This document shows, piece by piece, positions 1 to 14,233 of a stretch of 64,000 nucleotides of DNA; position 1 is the stretch's first letter, and the number at the start of each line of letters is the position of its first letter. The DNA comes from Gnetum montanum (lineage: Eukaryota; Plantae; Gnetophyta). Below the pieces are notes generated by a model. It had not been told where the DNA came from. It did not search any database and saw only the letters and a program-made list of their open reading frames with translations. The stretch lies in the NCBI GenBank assembly GCA_015680685.1, contig MNCI01000551.1, forward strand, positions 928,985-992,984, given 5' to 3'. The translations under genes were made by a program, and so were the position numbers.

Positions 1-2985
1 ATGGTTTTAGCTCTAGGGGCTCTTCTTTAAATTTCTTGCAAATTTCCAACTTCCCCCAATTGATGTTTTCTAAGTTAGGACTGGGAAGTTGGCGGTGGGC
101 TTGCTCTAATGCATCAATGTTATCTATATAAGCACAAGTCAAACCCTCAATTAGTTCCATGCATATAAGCGAGCTGCTTTCTTGATTAGCTATTAGCCAC
201 TGGGTGTCTTCTTATCATGTGGATGCTACATATAGGCACCTTTGTATATTGATCATTTGTGCACATTGATTGCATGTAGGCAATGTTAAACTTTGCACAA
301 CCCATGATCTCTGCACGCAATTGCACCCTGTGTCACTATATGCGATGCATGGAACCTCCTTCTTCTTGATCTTTCCAAAATTATTTTCCTTAGATATTTC
401 TAGGAAAAGATCACGGTTTCTTAGGCACACATCAATAGTGCTTAGCCATGCCCTTCCCATTATTATTGGGAAGTCCCCCTTGCTATTATTCACTTGGATC
501 ACCATGAAGTTAGCTGAATACGACCACCCACAAACAGTGGTAACAATATCCTCCACTAATCCCAAAGGGATAGTGATGGACTAGTTAGCTAACTCTAAGC
601 AGATGTTTCTCTTTTTCAATGGGGGCAAGTTCCAGGCCTTATACATTTCTTGGGATATTAGGTTGACACCAGAGCCTGAATCCAAAAGAGCTTTGCATGG
701 CTCATTCCCAATGATTTGTAGATAGATTAGGGGACTCCCAGGATTAGAGAATTTTCTAAGAAGGTGGCCAGCTTTGATCCAATCAGTAATGACATGTGTT
801 AACATGACTGTATGGGTTGAATGTGATGTTAAGCTCAAAGGGGGCTCTGAAGCTTTAGTTGATACAGAGGCATCCAAAGACTCAGCCACTTGAGGTTGCA
901 AAGGCTTGGTTGGACTATTGGTTCAGAAGAAATATCTTTTCTTCATACGGTTATCAAAACCAACAATAGGTTGAGGATTAATAGTCCTTATGGCATTGCA
1001 AAACTGTGGCTGAGCAGGGAGTTCACCTTGCATTGCATTACCCTTACCCTCTTCAATAATAACAACTTTACCCTTACCCTTGTTACGTGCATTTTCTTCT
1101 TCTCTCTTTTTCATTTTGTCACGGTCACTACCTCACTCCCTAGACTCCTCTACTACTTTTAGCACAGTTTGAAACCTACTATCCAGGGAGTCCCACATTT
1201 GGTCTACCTTTGCTAATACTTCTGATGCTAACTTTTGAATAGGCAAGGTTTTCCTATTCACCATCTCTTTGAGTGGTGACTCTTCCTCATCCTCACAAAA
1301 TCTTACTCCCTTCTTTTGGAGGGAAGGATCTCGCTTGTATTCTTCAGTGCTCTCTCATTTTCGTAGCTCACCTTCTTCTTTAGCTACTTACTCCAGCAGT
1401 CTGTGAATTTGATGGGACCTAAGCTCAGATAACCTTCCTTGGGCATAAGTCCCAAGGATCCTTCTTGTTTCATGCCTAAGCCCATCTATGAGATGGCATA
1501 GTTGATTCCACTACAAATAACCATGGCCAGGACAATGATGTAAGAGTGCATAATAGCGAGCCATGGTAGCATCCAAGGGTTCATGACTTCCTTGTTTCCA
1601 TCCTTGGATTTGCTTTCATAGGTTAGACATGCAGAAGTACATTTGGTACTTATCATTGCACAATTCTAACATCGTACTCCACCTATAAATGGATTCCAGT
1701 TCTAAGGACGGGTACTAGCTTTCAGCTTCTTTTATTAGTATTCGTGGGAATAACTTAAGCTTTTGCCACTCATTTTCTATGTTTTTCAAGGCACACACAT
1801 CATGAAATGCTTGTAAGTTATTTTAAGGATCAGCGTTATATCCCCCTTCAAATTGTGGGATGTTGTTCATGTCTAGCCTCTTGATCCTACTATCTTTTTG
1901 GTGCCTTGTTGGAACTCTTACGGCCTCAGTTATATCTAGCATGCTTCATGTGGCAAGTAGGGGTTCATCATGATCATCTTGTTCCTAGTGTCTATGGTGT
2001 TTACGTGGTTCCCTCCTCTCCCTTCTTCTATGGCATGATTCTCTAGAGTGCCCTCATCCTCCGTCTTGGTTGTCTCGTTTGTGAATTTCACTTTGTTTAC
2101 CCTTATCCTCACGATCTATTTTTCCATGGCTACATCTAGACATGGAAGGAGAGGGTGAAGGAGACAATGGAGGTGAAGAAGAAGGAGAACTTCCATCACA
2201 ACGGTGTCTCCTACCTTCTCTTCAGTGGTCTCTCCCTCGATTGCAATTGTGATCAAAATGTCCACCTTTGCCATGTGCCCTTGTTCCTTTTTCGGATTCT
2301 TTGTGTCTGTTGGTGTCAACACCTAGGTTTTGAATAGTAGAATGAAGGTTTTGATACACAACCCCTTGGCCAAAGTCAAGGGGAGGAACATCGGTATGTG
2401 GGTGACTGCTTGAGGTAGGTTCATCACCCTCAATTTCACTTAAAACGTGTGGGGCATCCTTAGACCATTCTCCCTTTAAGGACTTATGGTATCTCTCCTA
2501 TTGCAAGTCCCTTTGAGGTTGCACTTTGGTGGGATGATAGTCTCTTAAATCATAGTCTTGCGCAATGTACTCTACGTGTAAGTGTTGCATGCCTATTCAT
2601 GTGAGAGCATGAAGAAGCATACTTGGGACTAAATGGTTGGGAGGTGACACTATGTTACCTTCCAAGTCACGCCAATGCAGTTGTTCTTCTTGGTGGAGAA
2701 TAAAGATGAAGTCGAGTACATATTCATCAGTATGAATATATACCACACAAAACTATTGAGGAACTGGCGAGTCAATGTCATGTGTATTTTGCCTCTGATT
2801 GCTTCTTGTGTTAGTCTTAGGTGGTGAAGTGCTTTTGTGCGAAGAAGAAGACATCTTGTCTTGTTCAATGTGCTATGTACTATTACCTCTTCTTAACCAA
2901 CCCTAAGGGTTCATTCCAACGATGTGAATGATTTCCTAAGTTCTACTTAGTGCACAAACAACTAAGTCCCCGACAATGGCACCAA
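1..2985 (-). mobile_element. Decayed Ty3/gypsy (Athila-like) internal region with gag and aspartic protease remnants
   Basis: Minus strand gives gag-like IPQFEGG..DP..LQAFHDVC..KLKLFP (~1700-1860) and protease ALLDSGSGVNLI...PIIMGRAWL (~430-760), with many stops and frameshifts. An Athila-type PBS is adjacent. Confidence 0.8.
2967..2984 (-). promoter_or_regulatory. Primer binding site (tRNA-Asp type, Athila-like)
   Basis: Minus strand TGGTGCCATTGTCGGGGA is close to the Athila PBS TGGCGCCGTTGCCGGGGA. It lies one base from the LTR terminus at 2986. Confidence 0.75.
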
Positions 2986-5900
2986 TGATGAGCGGCGAGG
3001 TATCCCTACACTCAACCATTTGAACACGAGTGTTTCACACACAATTTAGTCAAATTCCAAGGACTAAGTGCCTATGCGCTTGTGTGGAACAATAACAAGT
3101 TGATTATTTGTTGTCTTCCCAAACTTACTTGTATGTCACTATTGTATGGTTAAGTAAGCTCGAGGCATATGATTTTTATGGCTTTTATGTGTTTTATGTC
3201 CTATGCTAATAAGGAGGGAAGAGAGAGATAACTAAGTAACTAATCTAATTTAACTATTCATTAAATAAGTTCTAAGTACTCCTAACACTAGTATATGTTC
3301 CCACTTGTTGTACACATCTTGAACAGTGCAACGCTACTAGGATTACCAAACGCTAATTGTTACTGGGTTACCAAGTGCCACACGCATGCTCGAAGCAGTC
3401 ATACTGAGTGTATTTAACTAAGAGAGTTGTAGGGCGAGAGAAATCATTAATTAACTATGAAAGCATTAAATAATAATTAACACTAATTAATATATTGTGT
3501 GTTCTACAAGGTTTATCATAAAGTTTGTCTTTATTTCTGTACACAAAGTGTGCTCAGGTACACAATGCTCGAATAAAGATCCGTTCACTCTATAACTCTT
3601 ACTATGGGCACGCAAAAATAATTCTAAGTATGGAGGGAGAAAATGGCAAGAGTTTGGCTAAGGGACTAATTCTTAACTTTCGAAACCAAGGGCACCACCT
3701 CTTATTTATAGATAAGGAGACAGGCCGCAATATCGATTATCCGATCTTGTATGGTGGATCCGATATTGCGAACGCGATATCATGGATGTGATATCATGGT
3801 TCATTAACTATCCAAGTAATCTAGAAGATTTCAAGTTACCATATGTCATCCTAGAAATGTTAGTTCAACAAAATAGGCTAGTTTGGTCCTTTTAATTCCT
3901 AAAGAGTCAACTTCATTTTGAACCCTAAGACTATGTCTAACCCATAGTACTTGTCAAGATGATTCCAACGGTACAAATTTCATCTCAATTGGACTTACAG
4001 TTTGAGAGATATTAATGTTTAAAGTTTCTTGTTATATGTGCATTAAAATAATATTAAATTATTAATTTATTATTTGAACCAACAAAAGGTCAAAATTTTA
4101 GCATCCAGAATTAACCCAAAATTGCCATTTAGTGACACCGAACCTCTACCTTGTCATTAGCTAAACCACCATGTCAATGGCTGAGGCAAGATGGAATAAA
4201 ATAATAATAATAATAAAGTTTAAAAAATAAAAATAAAAATTTAAGCATGAGGTCATGGGTTCGACCCCAAGCCCCAAATTACTTTTATTTTTCTAAAAAA
4301 AAATTAAATATTTTTTTAAAATAATAATAATAAAAAAATTTTAAAAAAAAGATATTTTGCAAGCTAGGTCAGCCTACAAGGGCCACACAAGCCCTATAAA
4401 CTACATTGGCCCTAACAGGGCCATCATAGCATGCAAGCCACCATCGCCCTCTACTACCCACCATGCACTAGATTGATCCACCCCCACAACCGATGTCACT
4501 ATTCAATGCCTAAGCCTACTAACCACTGTCGTTCTTGTGCCTACAATCTACTGCTTGCTTTGCTACTGATCCCCAGCCGCCATCTCTCCATTCCACTACT
4601 TCTCACACTGTGCTCCATCACAACTCACTATCGTTACCTATTGTGCCCTGGAGCACTACCACACGTGCCCTGCAACCATGCATCCTTTCACCACTCTTGC
4701 ATGTTGTCCTCACTGCATTTTTTGCAATCATCGTTAACTACCCTATTGTTTCTTGTTGACCTCCTTGGATCATCACCTCCCATACTATGGATCATCACCT
4801 TCCATGCCACCAAACATCACCTCCCATGCCACGAATCATCACCTCTCATGCTACAGATCATCATCTCCCATGTCACCAAACATTGCCTTCCATGCCGCAG
4901 ATCATCTCCTCCCATGCCATTGAACATCACCTCCCATGTTGGTAATCGTTGCCTCCTCCATCGTTGACCATCACCTCTCCCTTCGATGCCAAAAAAAACC
5001 CTCATCATCAATGCATTTTGGGCCATGTAGGCCTTCAATAGGTCATGTGAGCCCAATGCTAGGCTACGTAGGCTCTGTAAAGGGCTACGTGAGCCTAATG
5101 CTCAGCCTCGCGAGCTCTACAAAGGGCCATGCCAACCCTAGTAAGGGTTGGGCATGCCCTATAAAGGGTCATGCAAGCCTATTGGAGGGCTGCATAGCCC
5201 CAACGGTGGTAGTGTGGGCCCTAACATGGGCCTTGCATGCCCTGAGGAAGCACCTAAATTTCCCACACTGCCAATGACATCCATGTTTCCTATGGTTGCT
5301 AGCATGCACCTCCTTGCCTACCGCTGGCTTCGTCAACATGTCTAACTTGGTCATCAATGCCACCCAGCAGCCACCTAGGACACTATTGGCATGCCACTAC
5401 AGCCATTGTTTCCATCATTCTTGCTACCACATAACGTGAAAATTGTTTGTCAGCAAATAGAAAATTCAAAATTTCTGTCAATTGACGAAAATTTTGAAAT
5501 GCCCATTAGTTGATAGAAAATTGAAAATTTCCATCATTAAGCCATTAATAAACTGAAAATGTGCAAAAATAAGTTTTGACGAATTTGGCACATTGGTAGC
5601 AACAAAGAGAAAATTTTCATAATTAAGCATACTCACCCTTAGAGTAGAACTAGGATGGATGACTCTCAAGAAGTTTCATTTTTCGTGCCAAAGATTTTAG
5701 ACTCTAGAAGCCATAACTTTTAATTTTAGAAGCCTTTTTTGATAAATGAAGAGTCATTTCCTATAGATTTTAACCTTCCAAACCCAATGGTGAAGTTAGA
5801 TTCATCCTAAGGAATCCCAAAAATTAGTTTTTACTCCTTGACCGATATAGTGCCTCGAGATCCTCAAAAGTTTAATTTTCACACATCTCAAGCATACAAT

Positions 5901-6100
5901 GTCCATTTTCAATATATAAAGTCACTTTCAACATTTTTCACCCTTTTAAACTCAATGGTGAGGACATATATATCATCTAAAGACCCAATAATTTGATGAT
6001 ATCATAAATTCAACCTTTTAGGCTTCAAGATTTAGTACATAACCCTTATAGATAGTCTTAAGATCACTATGGCATGTCATTAATTACACTGCCAGAGTCA
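2986..6100 (-). mobile_element. 5' LTR of the Athila-like element (right boundary uncertain)
   Basis: Begins TGATGAGCGG next to the PBS and has a minus-strand TATAAATA near 3700-3710. Its U5 part is homologous to the inverted copies ending at 13578 and 14233. Confidence 0.55.
4768..4980. repeat. ~22-bp degenerate tandem repeat (CATCACCTCCCATGCCAC..), about 9-10 units
   Basis: Directly visible units. A ~21-bp degenerate array follows at ~5020-5240. Confidence 0.8.
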
Positions 6101-6392
6101 GTGTTTTTAAGTGGGGTAGAAAGGCCATTAAGAATTAGATAATATAGTTACATGTTATTAAAATTATATGATGTCATTAAATACTACTAAAATAAGATCA
6201 TGTAATTATAAAATTAGATTATGTAGTTAAATTAGTTAGAGAATCAGTTGTTGTATCAGTATCAGTTGATTATCAGTCGATGAATTAGTTGGTGTATCAG
6301 TTGGAGAATCAATTGATGAAACAAAATGGTCTCCAATGATCAAGAAGATGTATATCAATTTGTCTTGCAATTAAATCATATGGTAGAACAAC

Positions 6393-7587
6393 ATGGAGAC
6401 TCAAAACATTGTTTTGACAAGGAGTATGATACTGGTAAAGAGAAATGATTCAAAAGAGAATCTAATAATGAGAATAAAAGTTGCAACATACAATGTGTTT
6501 GCAAGACCCCTAGTGAGTGAGAAATAATATTTGCTATGTCCATCATGGGCCTTGAATTGGCACAAATATCGATACCCATGCATTTTAGCAAAATTACAAG
6601 ATTTGAATGCTCATGTTTTATGCCTACAAGAAGTCTTACCATGGGAATTTCTATATCAATTCCAACCAAACTTGGAAAAGATGGGATACATAGGTATTTA
6701 TAAGCAAAAAGGTTTTTATGGAAGTTCATCTTTTAAGCTGTACAGATTAGCCTATTGCAGAAATCACAACATGGATGGTTGTGCGATCTTTTATAAAGAA
6801 GCCAAGTTTGAATTAGTATAAAGATTTGAATAGATTTTAGAAAGTATGATTTTTGAAATTCCAGAACTTCAAGCGATGGAAAAGAAAGAATAGTTAAGAT
6901 TTCAGAAAAATCACATAGCCTTGGTAGTAATTCTAAAAATCCAGTTATTAGGAAGATGTGTATGTGTGGTCAACACACATTTAATTGTCAAACCAACATA
7001 TTTAGATGTTAGAATGTGTCAAGGAGCCTACTTGATTAAAAAAAATAGAGAAAAGTTTGAAGAATAAGTTATTTTTGAGTTATACTGATCCAATTCCATT
7101 TATTCTTTGTGGAGACTTCAATGCAAAAGTTGGAAGTAGTGTTTATCAATTCTTAAAATATGGATCTGTAAAGGAATCCTTGGAAGATGAACCTGACTTG
7201 AAGAGGATGTTTCCAACAATTCAGCATGCAATTCCATTAGCCAGTGCATATTTTTCTTACTTTGAATTTTTAGTAAATAAAATATATTCTAGAATTTAGG
7301 AACAAATGATGTTGATGGAAAGTACTCATCAAGAACCACAATTTACCAATTACTCTGCAATGATTAAAGAGGATGGGTCAACAACATTCTTCATTGAGAT
7401 CCTAGATTATATTTGGTATGATGTTTGACTCTTCAAAGTAACCAAATTACTAGAGTTGATTTCTAAAGAAAAATTTGAGAAGAATCAAGATTAAGCCTTG
7501 CCATCCCAAACAAGACCATTTGATCACATACCACTTATGGAAAAATTACAATTACTCCCATCAATTCATAAGGTTGATCAAGATTAG
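6393..7587 (+). pseudogene. Intronless CCR4/nocturnin-like EEP-family deadenylase pseudogene
   Basis: Ordered motifs VATYNV, CPSWALNW..R, LCLQEV, DGCAIFY, VNTHL, ILCGDFN, EPQFTNY, LDYIWY and P(F)DHIPL. It has several premature stops and frameshifts and no introns. Confidence 0.9.
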
Positions 7588-7929
7588 AAAGTATCTCACT
7601 CTTACTTTTATTTGATAAGTCTTATTATTTTTTATTATTTAATTTATATTTCAATTAGATTAATAGAATATCTAAGATAATAAAATTTGGAAATAAAGAA
7701 TTTTCCCTGCCTTCACTTGGGTAAGCAGATCCAAGCTGCACTTTGTGTGACCCTGGTTAGGATTGGTGATTGGTGGTTGATAAATCTTTAATTCATTGTT
7801 TGTCATTAGCTTAGAAAATAAATTATTAATAAAGTAATATTTCATTTTCCATATATTTTTCTCACATATATTTTGTTTGCTGAATAAGCAAAAACAAGTT
7901 CAAGCTCAAAGGAGAAATCAAATTATTAA

Positions 7930-10900
7930 AGCACATGATCATGAAAGAAAAAATTAGAGTTGAAAAAGATAGAGAATGTGGACTCATTCAAGGATGAACG
8001 AAACCTAAGGGGGGTATATTGCCACATCCCCATTCCCAAATGATTCTACTACCTAATGAAGATGGTGCCTCTTTATAAAAAGTGTTATTGTTATCTTAAC
8101 AAGACTCGAAAGGGTAGTTGTAATTAAGATCCAAAAGGGCATGTTGTAATAATGGACATGTCTCTTAAGGTAACCTTTGGGGGTTTGACCTAAGGCATTT
8201 ATACTCAGGGTTAGAGGTCATGCTAGCATGGAGTGGCAGAGTTGGTACAAGCAAGTCATGGGAGTTATTTGAAGCAAGATAGAAAGTGGACTGGCCATTC
8301 CTTCTGACAGGGTTATAGGCCTAACCATGGTGGCAGTGTTGGATTGCTTCTAAGGGATTGACCCCAAAGGAAGAAAATCCCAAGGAACACTCTCAAAGCA
8401 CAATACGAATACACTATTCCATATCAATAAAGCATTCTTTTCTTTCTCTTTTTGCATTTTTCCTATTATTTCCTTATACATAATGTTGAATATCATATCT
8501 ATTTTGCATTTGGTCTATTTTCCTCATATGCATAATGTCTAATATATCGTATACTTGATGTTTGACATGACATCCAGGGATAGGATGTTAGACATGGTTT
8601 CTCTCAAGAAGAGCAACTTTTCCACATCATAGATGGGCTTCATAGTCAAACGAGAGAAACCCTTGGGATGTATGCTCAAGGTTAATTATATCAACTAGCA
8701 ACCCATCAAATCCAAAAGCTAATCGAGTATGTGGCAAAAGAAGAAGAATAGCTATGTAAATGGGAGAATGTTGAGAAATATCAATAGGACCCAACTCTTC
8801 AAAAGAAGAATGTCCATATCTATGATAAGAAAAAAGAGGCAGCTCTCGATGAGGTGATTTCATAACATACCTTGTCAATACAAAAGTCTATGGATGAGCC
8901 TGAAGCAAGCTTAGATAAGATGTCGAAATGGATAAATGAGAAAGCTACAACATTCATAGAAACTGTAGAGGAAAGAAAAATGCAAAAAAAATCAAGTGAT
9001 CACAACAAAAGAAGGAAAAAGAACCAAGAAATTGATAGGAACACTTATTAACAAAAAGGGAAAATGGCTATAAAAGAAGAGGCTATAGACTCAACCACAA
9101 AAGAAGATGATGGATGTGACATCTACATATATGATCATCCGAAGAGCTATTGCCCAATCATGTTCCATCTAAATGAGTATTGGGCTTTTGCTTTAAATTC
9201 CAAGTTTGTACAAAAGGAAATGCCTAGGAAATTACCTTTCTCACAAGGTAATTTTAGACAATCCTACAGCCAACTGTACTATCCTAGTTGAACTTATTAC
9301 CAGCCTCAATACTATCATCCAACGTAGTGGCAAAACCCATAGTCATGGAGGAGGCCATCATTAAACTAGCCCTACCCTTACTGCTAGCTGAACCTGTATG
9401 GATATTACATTCAACAATCTATTTCCTCAACTAGTTCCACTTCCTCTACCTTGAATCACTACTACCACTCTCCTGAATATCATCATCTCACAATAGCTTC
9501 TATGAGGTCACCACCTCACACCTCTCATCCTTTGTCATATCCTCAATATTCTCATACTTCCCTCCACCATATGTCACCACTAGCAACATAGGATGGCTCA
9601 GCACCACAACCTTAATGAGAGAATGTCACTTGTGTTGCAAACATACAAAAAAATGATAATGTCAGTAGATCTCCACCACAATCTCGAGAACATCCATTCT
9701 TTAGGATAGTTCCCATGCACAAGCACAACACTCATGGACCTACTAACTCATCCAAACTAGCACAATGCCAATGAAGTACAACATCCTTCCTTTCACAACC
9801 AATGTCCTCCAATCATACACAAAGGCCAACATCCATCGTTGCTCCAATACTTGATAGAAATGATGAACCTATCATTGTGAAGAGACAAAAGAATCCATGC
9901 ATCACTACTAATAGTAAAGGGTGTAGTTGTGGGCCAAAAATTTAAAATATTAACATAGACCACAAAAAAGTTTAGGAGCAAGTGTGTGAGCAAACACCAA
10001 TCTACATAATAGCCACTAAACCAAAAGACACCTAATGGCTTGAAAATGAGAATATAAAAATTTTTCAAAGATGCATGGAGGCAACCGATCCGCTTATTAA
10101 TTCTAGACTTAAGAAAACAAACCAAACAAAAGACTTAGATGTAAATATCTTACACTCTGATTATACACCAGAAAAGGATATTAAAACATGAAGACCCAAA
10201 ATTAAAATAGAAAATCAAGAAGAAGAAGCAAATACATCTAGATCCTCCAAAATGGAAATATCTTCAAGTCCAGATGAAGATACATCCTCAAATGATCCAA
10301 ATGAGACTATCACCAATGTTAGATGTGCTACCACACAATTAATTAAATCAGTAACCATGATAGATGGAAAATCAATAATGTATAACCAGGGGATTGTCTA
10401 GTCCATCTCCCGAATGTGTAGTCATAAGATTAGTCGTGTGGGAGATGCTCCATCCTAGTTCAAGAACTAATAAGTCTTTTTCACCTTTTTTATTTTTACA
10501 ATTTCTTATCATTTTCCTATATTCTTCCAAAAAAAATTTATTCTTAATATATTTTCCATTTCTTAATATTTTTCTTTTCCTTATTTTTTTTCTCTTTTCT
10601 TGAGTCATTTCCTTTATGTTTTATGAATGTCTTTTATGTTTCCATTAATAATATTGCCAAGTCATGATGCAGAAGCTATGTGTTGGGTTTTTGTGCTATG
10701 CTATCAAGATGTAGGTAAGTAACTATGTAAAGCAGTGAGACCACCTCATCCATCCCTCTAGTTCTCTAAATAAAAGGTCTTTTTCATGGAAACAATTTGG
10801 TTCTTCTTTCATAAAACTAAAATCAATCAATGATCATTATACCTTGGAGAAAGAGGGAACAACCAAGTGGGAATGGTAAGGGTGTGATCTCAAGAGGACT

Positions 10901-11376
10901 TGTTGGGTTTTCTTCTTGTCTTCCTTCGTGTGGTTTATGACTTCTCTTAGAATGTATCATCATTGCTCTATCAACCAATAAAAAAAAGCTCTATCTTTGC
11001 ATAGTGTGGTTCCCATTTCAAAAAAATTTATTTAAAATCCAAAAAAAAAAACAAAAAAATGAAAAAAAAAAACAAAAAAATCAATAAAAAAAAGAAGAAA
11101 AAAGAAATGATAATAATAATGGAAATTCAAAGCACACCCCATAGATACAATAATGGATTACAAGCACTAGTTATGGGGCTGGAAAGACATGTTACCCATG
11201 TGTGTGCCCCTTTAACAAAGGCTCTTCCTTCCTTATTGTCTTTTCTTCTTTTATTGGAGTGATGATTGTTTTTTGAGGTGGTTGTGGACTCATGGTGGTT
11301 GGTAGGAAGAAACACATCAATGTGAGGTTACTATTCATGGTATAGACTTGGTCTAAACTTAGATGGATAGGTATGC
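7930..11376 (+). mobile_element. Probable 3' internal region of an Athila-like element with a decayed extra ORF
   Basis: Stop-riddled Pro/Tyr/Ser-rich coding-like stretch at ~8590-10400, followed by A/T tracts and a purine-rich tract before TGAT at 11377. No pol motifs were recognised. Confidence 0.35.
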
Positions 11377-13578
11377 TGATCATTTTAATCACATTTATCA
11401 CAAGAACCTATTGTGAACATGGTCAAGTACCTTACATCCCTATCTCTGCAATCCCTTCTCATCCCATTATTCACCTCATTGTTGTATGTGATTATGAGCA
11501 TTTTGATTTTGTGTAGTATAGTACAACATCCCAACCACAGCAATTGTGTGTTGTTTGGAACAAAGGCATGACCTACATTTAACTTCTCGGGTGCCCACAA
11601 ACATATATAGAAGTTGTTATGTAAGGGCATTATGGTAGGAGCCTACTTTGGGGAGGACCCACTTGCATAACTTTTGTTGATCATGGCTTTGAACTAACCT
11701 TCACATCTCCTAGAACATCAATGACGATATCTCTGAATTTATGCATAATTTTGGGACTACTCATCACTTTCAATTACTTTTTTTTTTTACTTTTTTTCTA
11801 CTTTTCTATTAAAACATCCTTCAAGTTCAATATTTCTTAGTCATCTACTGAATCAGACCTTTGGTTTCAATTGTTCAAAAACTTGTGTGCTTCCAGAGTT
11901 ACACTTATTAGTCATGGAGGCTAGGGATGCCCGCTTTGAAAGTTTTCTAACATCCTATTTTCGAACATCATGGTAACTAATAGTAATTGATCAAAATAAT
12001 GTGAACAGCTTGATAATTGTAGTTACCTCATTGCCTTGGGCATCTATCATCACCTTGTGCTTAAATGAAAACTAAGGGATTCGAAAAGGGTTAATTATTA
12101 ATGAAAATTTACCAAAACTAATATTGATCCTTTGGTGACTACAGGTGATGTTAAAAGAAATGCCTAAGGAAGAATGTCTTTTGCCAAGCACAAAAACAAA
12201 GTCAAGAGGGGAACAACGAAGGATATGCCCATAGAAAATCATAGCACATACAAGATAGCAGCTCAAGCCTCACATGTTTGCTAGATCCATGGGATAATGA
12301 GAAGAAATTTTAGTCCATCCTTTAAGAATGTTATATATAATCAAAGATGCATCAACATAACAATCAAGGTTGCAACTCTGCCACTGCTAGAGGCAACAAG
12401 AAGAATCATCTTCAATGAATTTTTGAAGACCTCTACAAATTTTGTAATCTTCAATGTCTATCTAGTCTTTTTGTCACTCTATCATTTTGTATGCATCCAC
12501 TAGAATAAAATTTTGTAATGCGGCACTCAATTTTGTTATGTCAAGTATCAGTCAATAATCTCAGACCTTCCCAATTTTGTAAAGGAACTCAAGGATGAGT
12601 TTTCATTCAATCATGGGAGTATGATGAAGCATCAAAGTGTCACATTGATGGACCCCCATCAACGTGGCCTCGTCGATGGATCCCTGTCAACGTGGTGTTC
12701 CCCGTCAATGTGGCCTCATCAATGAATCCCTATCAACATGGTGTTCCCCGTTGACGGGGCCACGTCAATGTAGCATTTTCTATGTTTATGAGGCCCTATC
12801 AATGTAGCTCCGTAATAAAGTCTATAAATACACATGCTCCTGCCATGTATTAGCATTCTTTGGTTAATAGAGTAGCTGAACTCTTGCATTCTTATTCCAT
12901 AGTCTTAGAGAACAGTCAATGAGTGCCCGCAGTGTGGATATGAGTTAGGTGTATGACATCTTATTCAAGTGACAATATACCTGAACACATTCCATAAATG
13001 GCAATAAGATCAAGATTGATTCTTATTCATTACAATACTTTGACTTAGATTAAATTTACTTTGCATGCAATTTATGTTTTATGTACTTAGTCAATATTTA
13101 CATTTTCATGCATGTTAATGAATTGGCAGAATGAGCACGACCAATTTAAAATGTAAACATGTATCTTGTTGGTAATCTCAGTAACGTTATTGCTTGGTTC
13201 ACCCAGTAGCATAGCACTTGGTAATCCTAATAGTGGATATGTGGGTTTAGGATGTGTATAGTAAGCTAGGCACAGACACTCATCACCTGTAGGCTAATTT
13301 AGACTATACTTTCTATTGCTAATTAGTTAAATAATTTATTTCTTTATTGTCATTAGGAGTAGCCTAAAGTCAAGACAACATCAAGAATCATATGCCTCAC
13401 TTTGGACTAAACCATACATGATGAAGCTACCACTAGTCTAAGTGGGAAGACAACAAACTTTGATCAAGGCATAATGATCTAGATGCCACAACTAATCCCA
13501 TCCACAAAATTTAACTAGATCATGCATGAACACTTGTGATTCATGTGGTTGGGCATAAAGGGTATTTTCCGCTCATCA
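11377..13578 (+). mobile_element. Athila-like LTR related to the LTR starting at 2986
   Basis: Ends GGGTATTTTCCGCTCATCA, matching the reverse complement of 2986-3006. Shares the ATCATATGCCTC...AACCATACA...GGGAAGACA block and has TATAAATA at ~12824. The left boundary (TGAT) is tentative. Confidence 0.6.
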
Positions 13579-13589
13579 CATGGCTTGCC

Positions 13590-14233
13590 ATACATGCCTT
13601 GGGCTCGTGTAACCATTACTGGGATTACCAAGTGAGTTCACTACTAAGTGACTCAAGTGAAACCACTACTAGGTTACCAAACAATTAGCATAATTTGTTT
13701 ACTTAGCATAATTTTCACTATTTCACTAGTTTAATACTTTACTTTTTCAAGCACTTTATTTTTAATTATTTATTAGTAAAGCAAAATGGGTACATTTGGT
13801 TTCAAGCGTTAAAGTGTAATCATTTGGTAACCTAGAGTGGTTTTACTTGATTTGCTCAATAGTGATCTTACTTGGTAATCCTAGTAACAGTTACATGAGC
13901 CCAAAGTGTGACTAGTAAACTAGGAATAGATACCTATCGCTCTGGGATAAATTAGACTTTCATTTCAATGTTACTTAGACCTAGAATTAAATCTCATTTT
14001 CAATCATGTTTATACTTAGGTGTTATTTGAGCCATACAACATCAACTATCATATGCCTCACTGTAAGCTAAACCATACACTTAGACTTCACTAGCATAAA
14101 GTGGGAAGACAGCGATCACAAGCTTAACTCAATTACTAGCATATCAACATTGTCCATCTACGAATTACAATCGACTCACCCATGAACACTTGTGACTTGT
14201 ATAGTTGAATGTTGGATGCTCCATCGCTCATTA
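13590..14233 (+). mobile_element. Second, partial copy of the same LTR 3' portion
   Basis: Repeats GGTAATCCTA, ATCATATGCCTCAC, AAACCATACA, GTGGGAAGACA, CATGAACACTTGTGA and ends CGCTCATTA. Confidence 0.6.

Noticed and set aside
8627-8878. Minus ORF ending SQGFLSFDYE, superficially like LepA/GUF1
   Set aside because: Short match only, with no other LepA motifs or splice structure. It lies in TE-like sequence.
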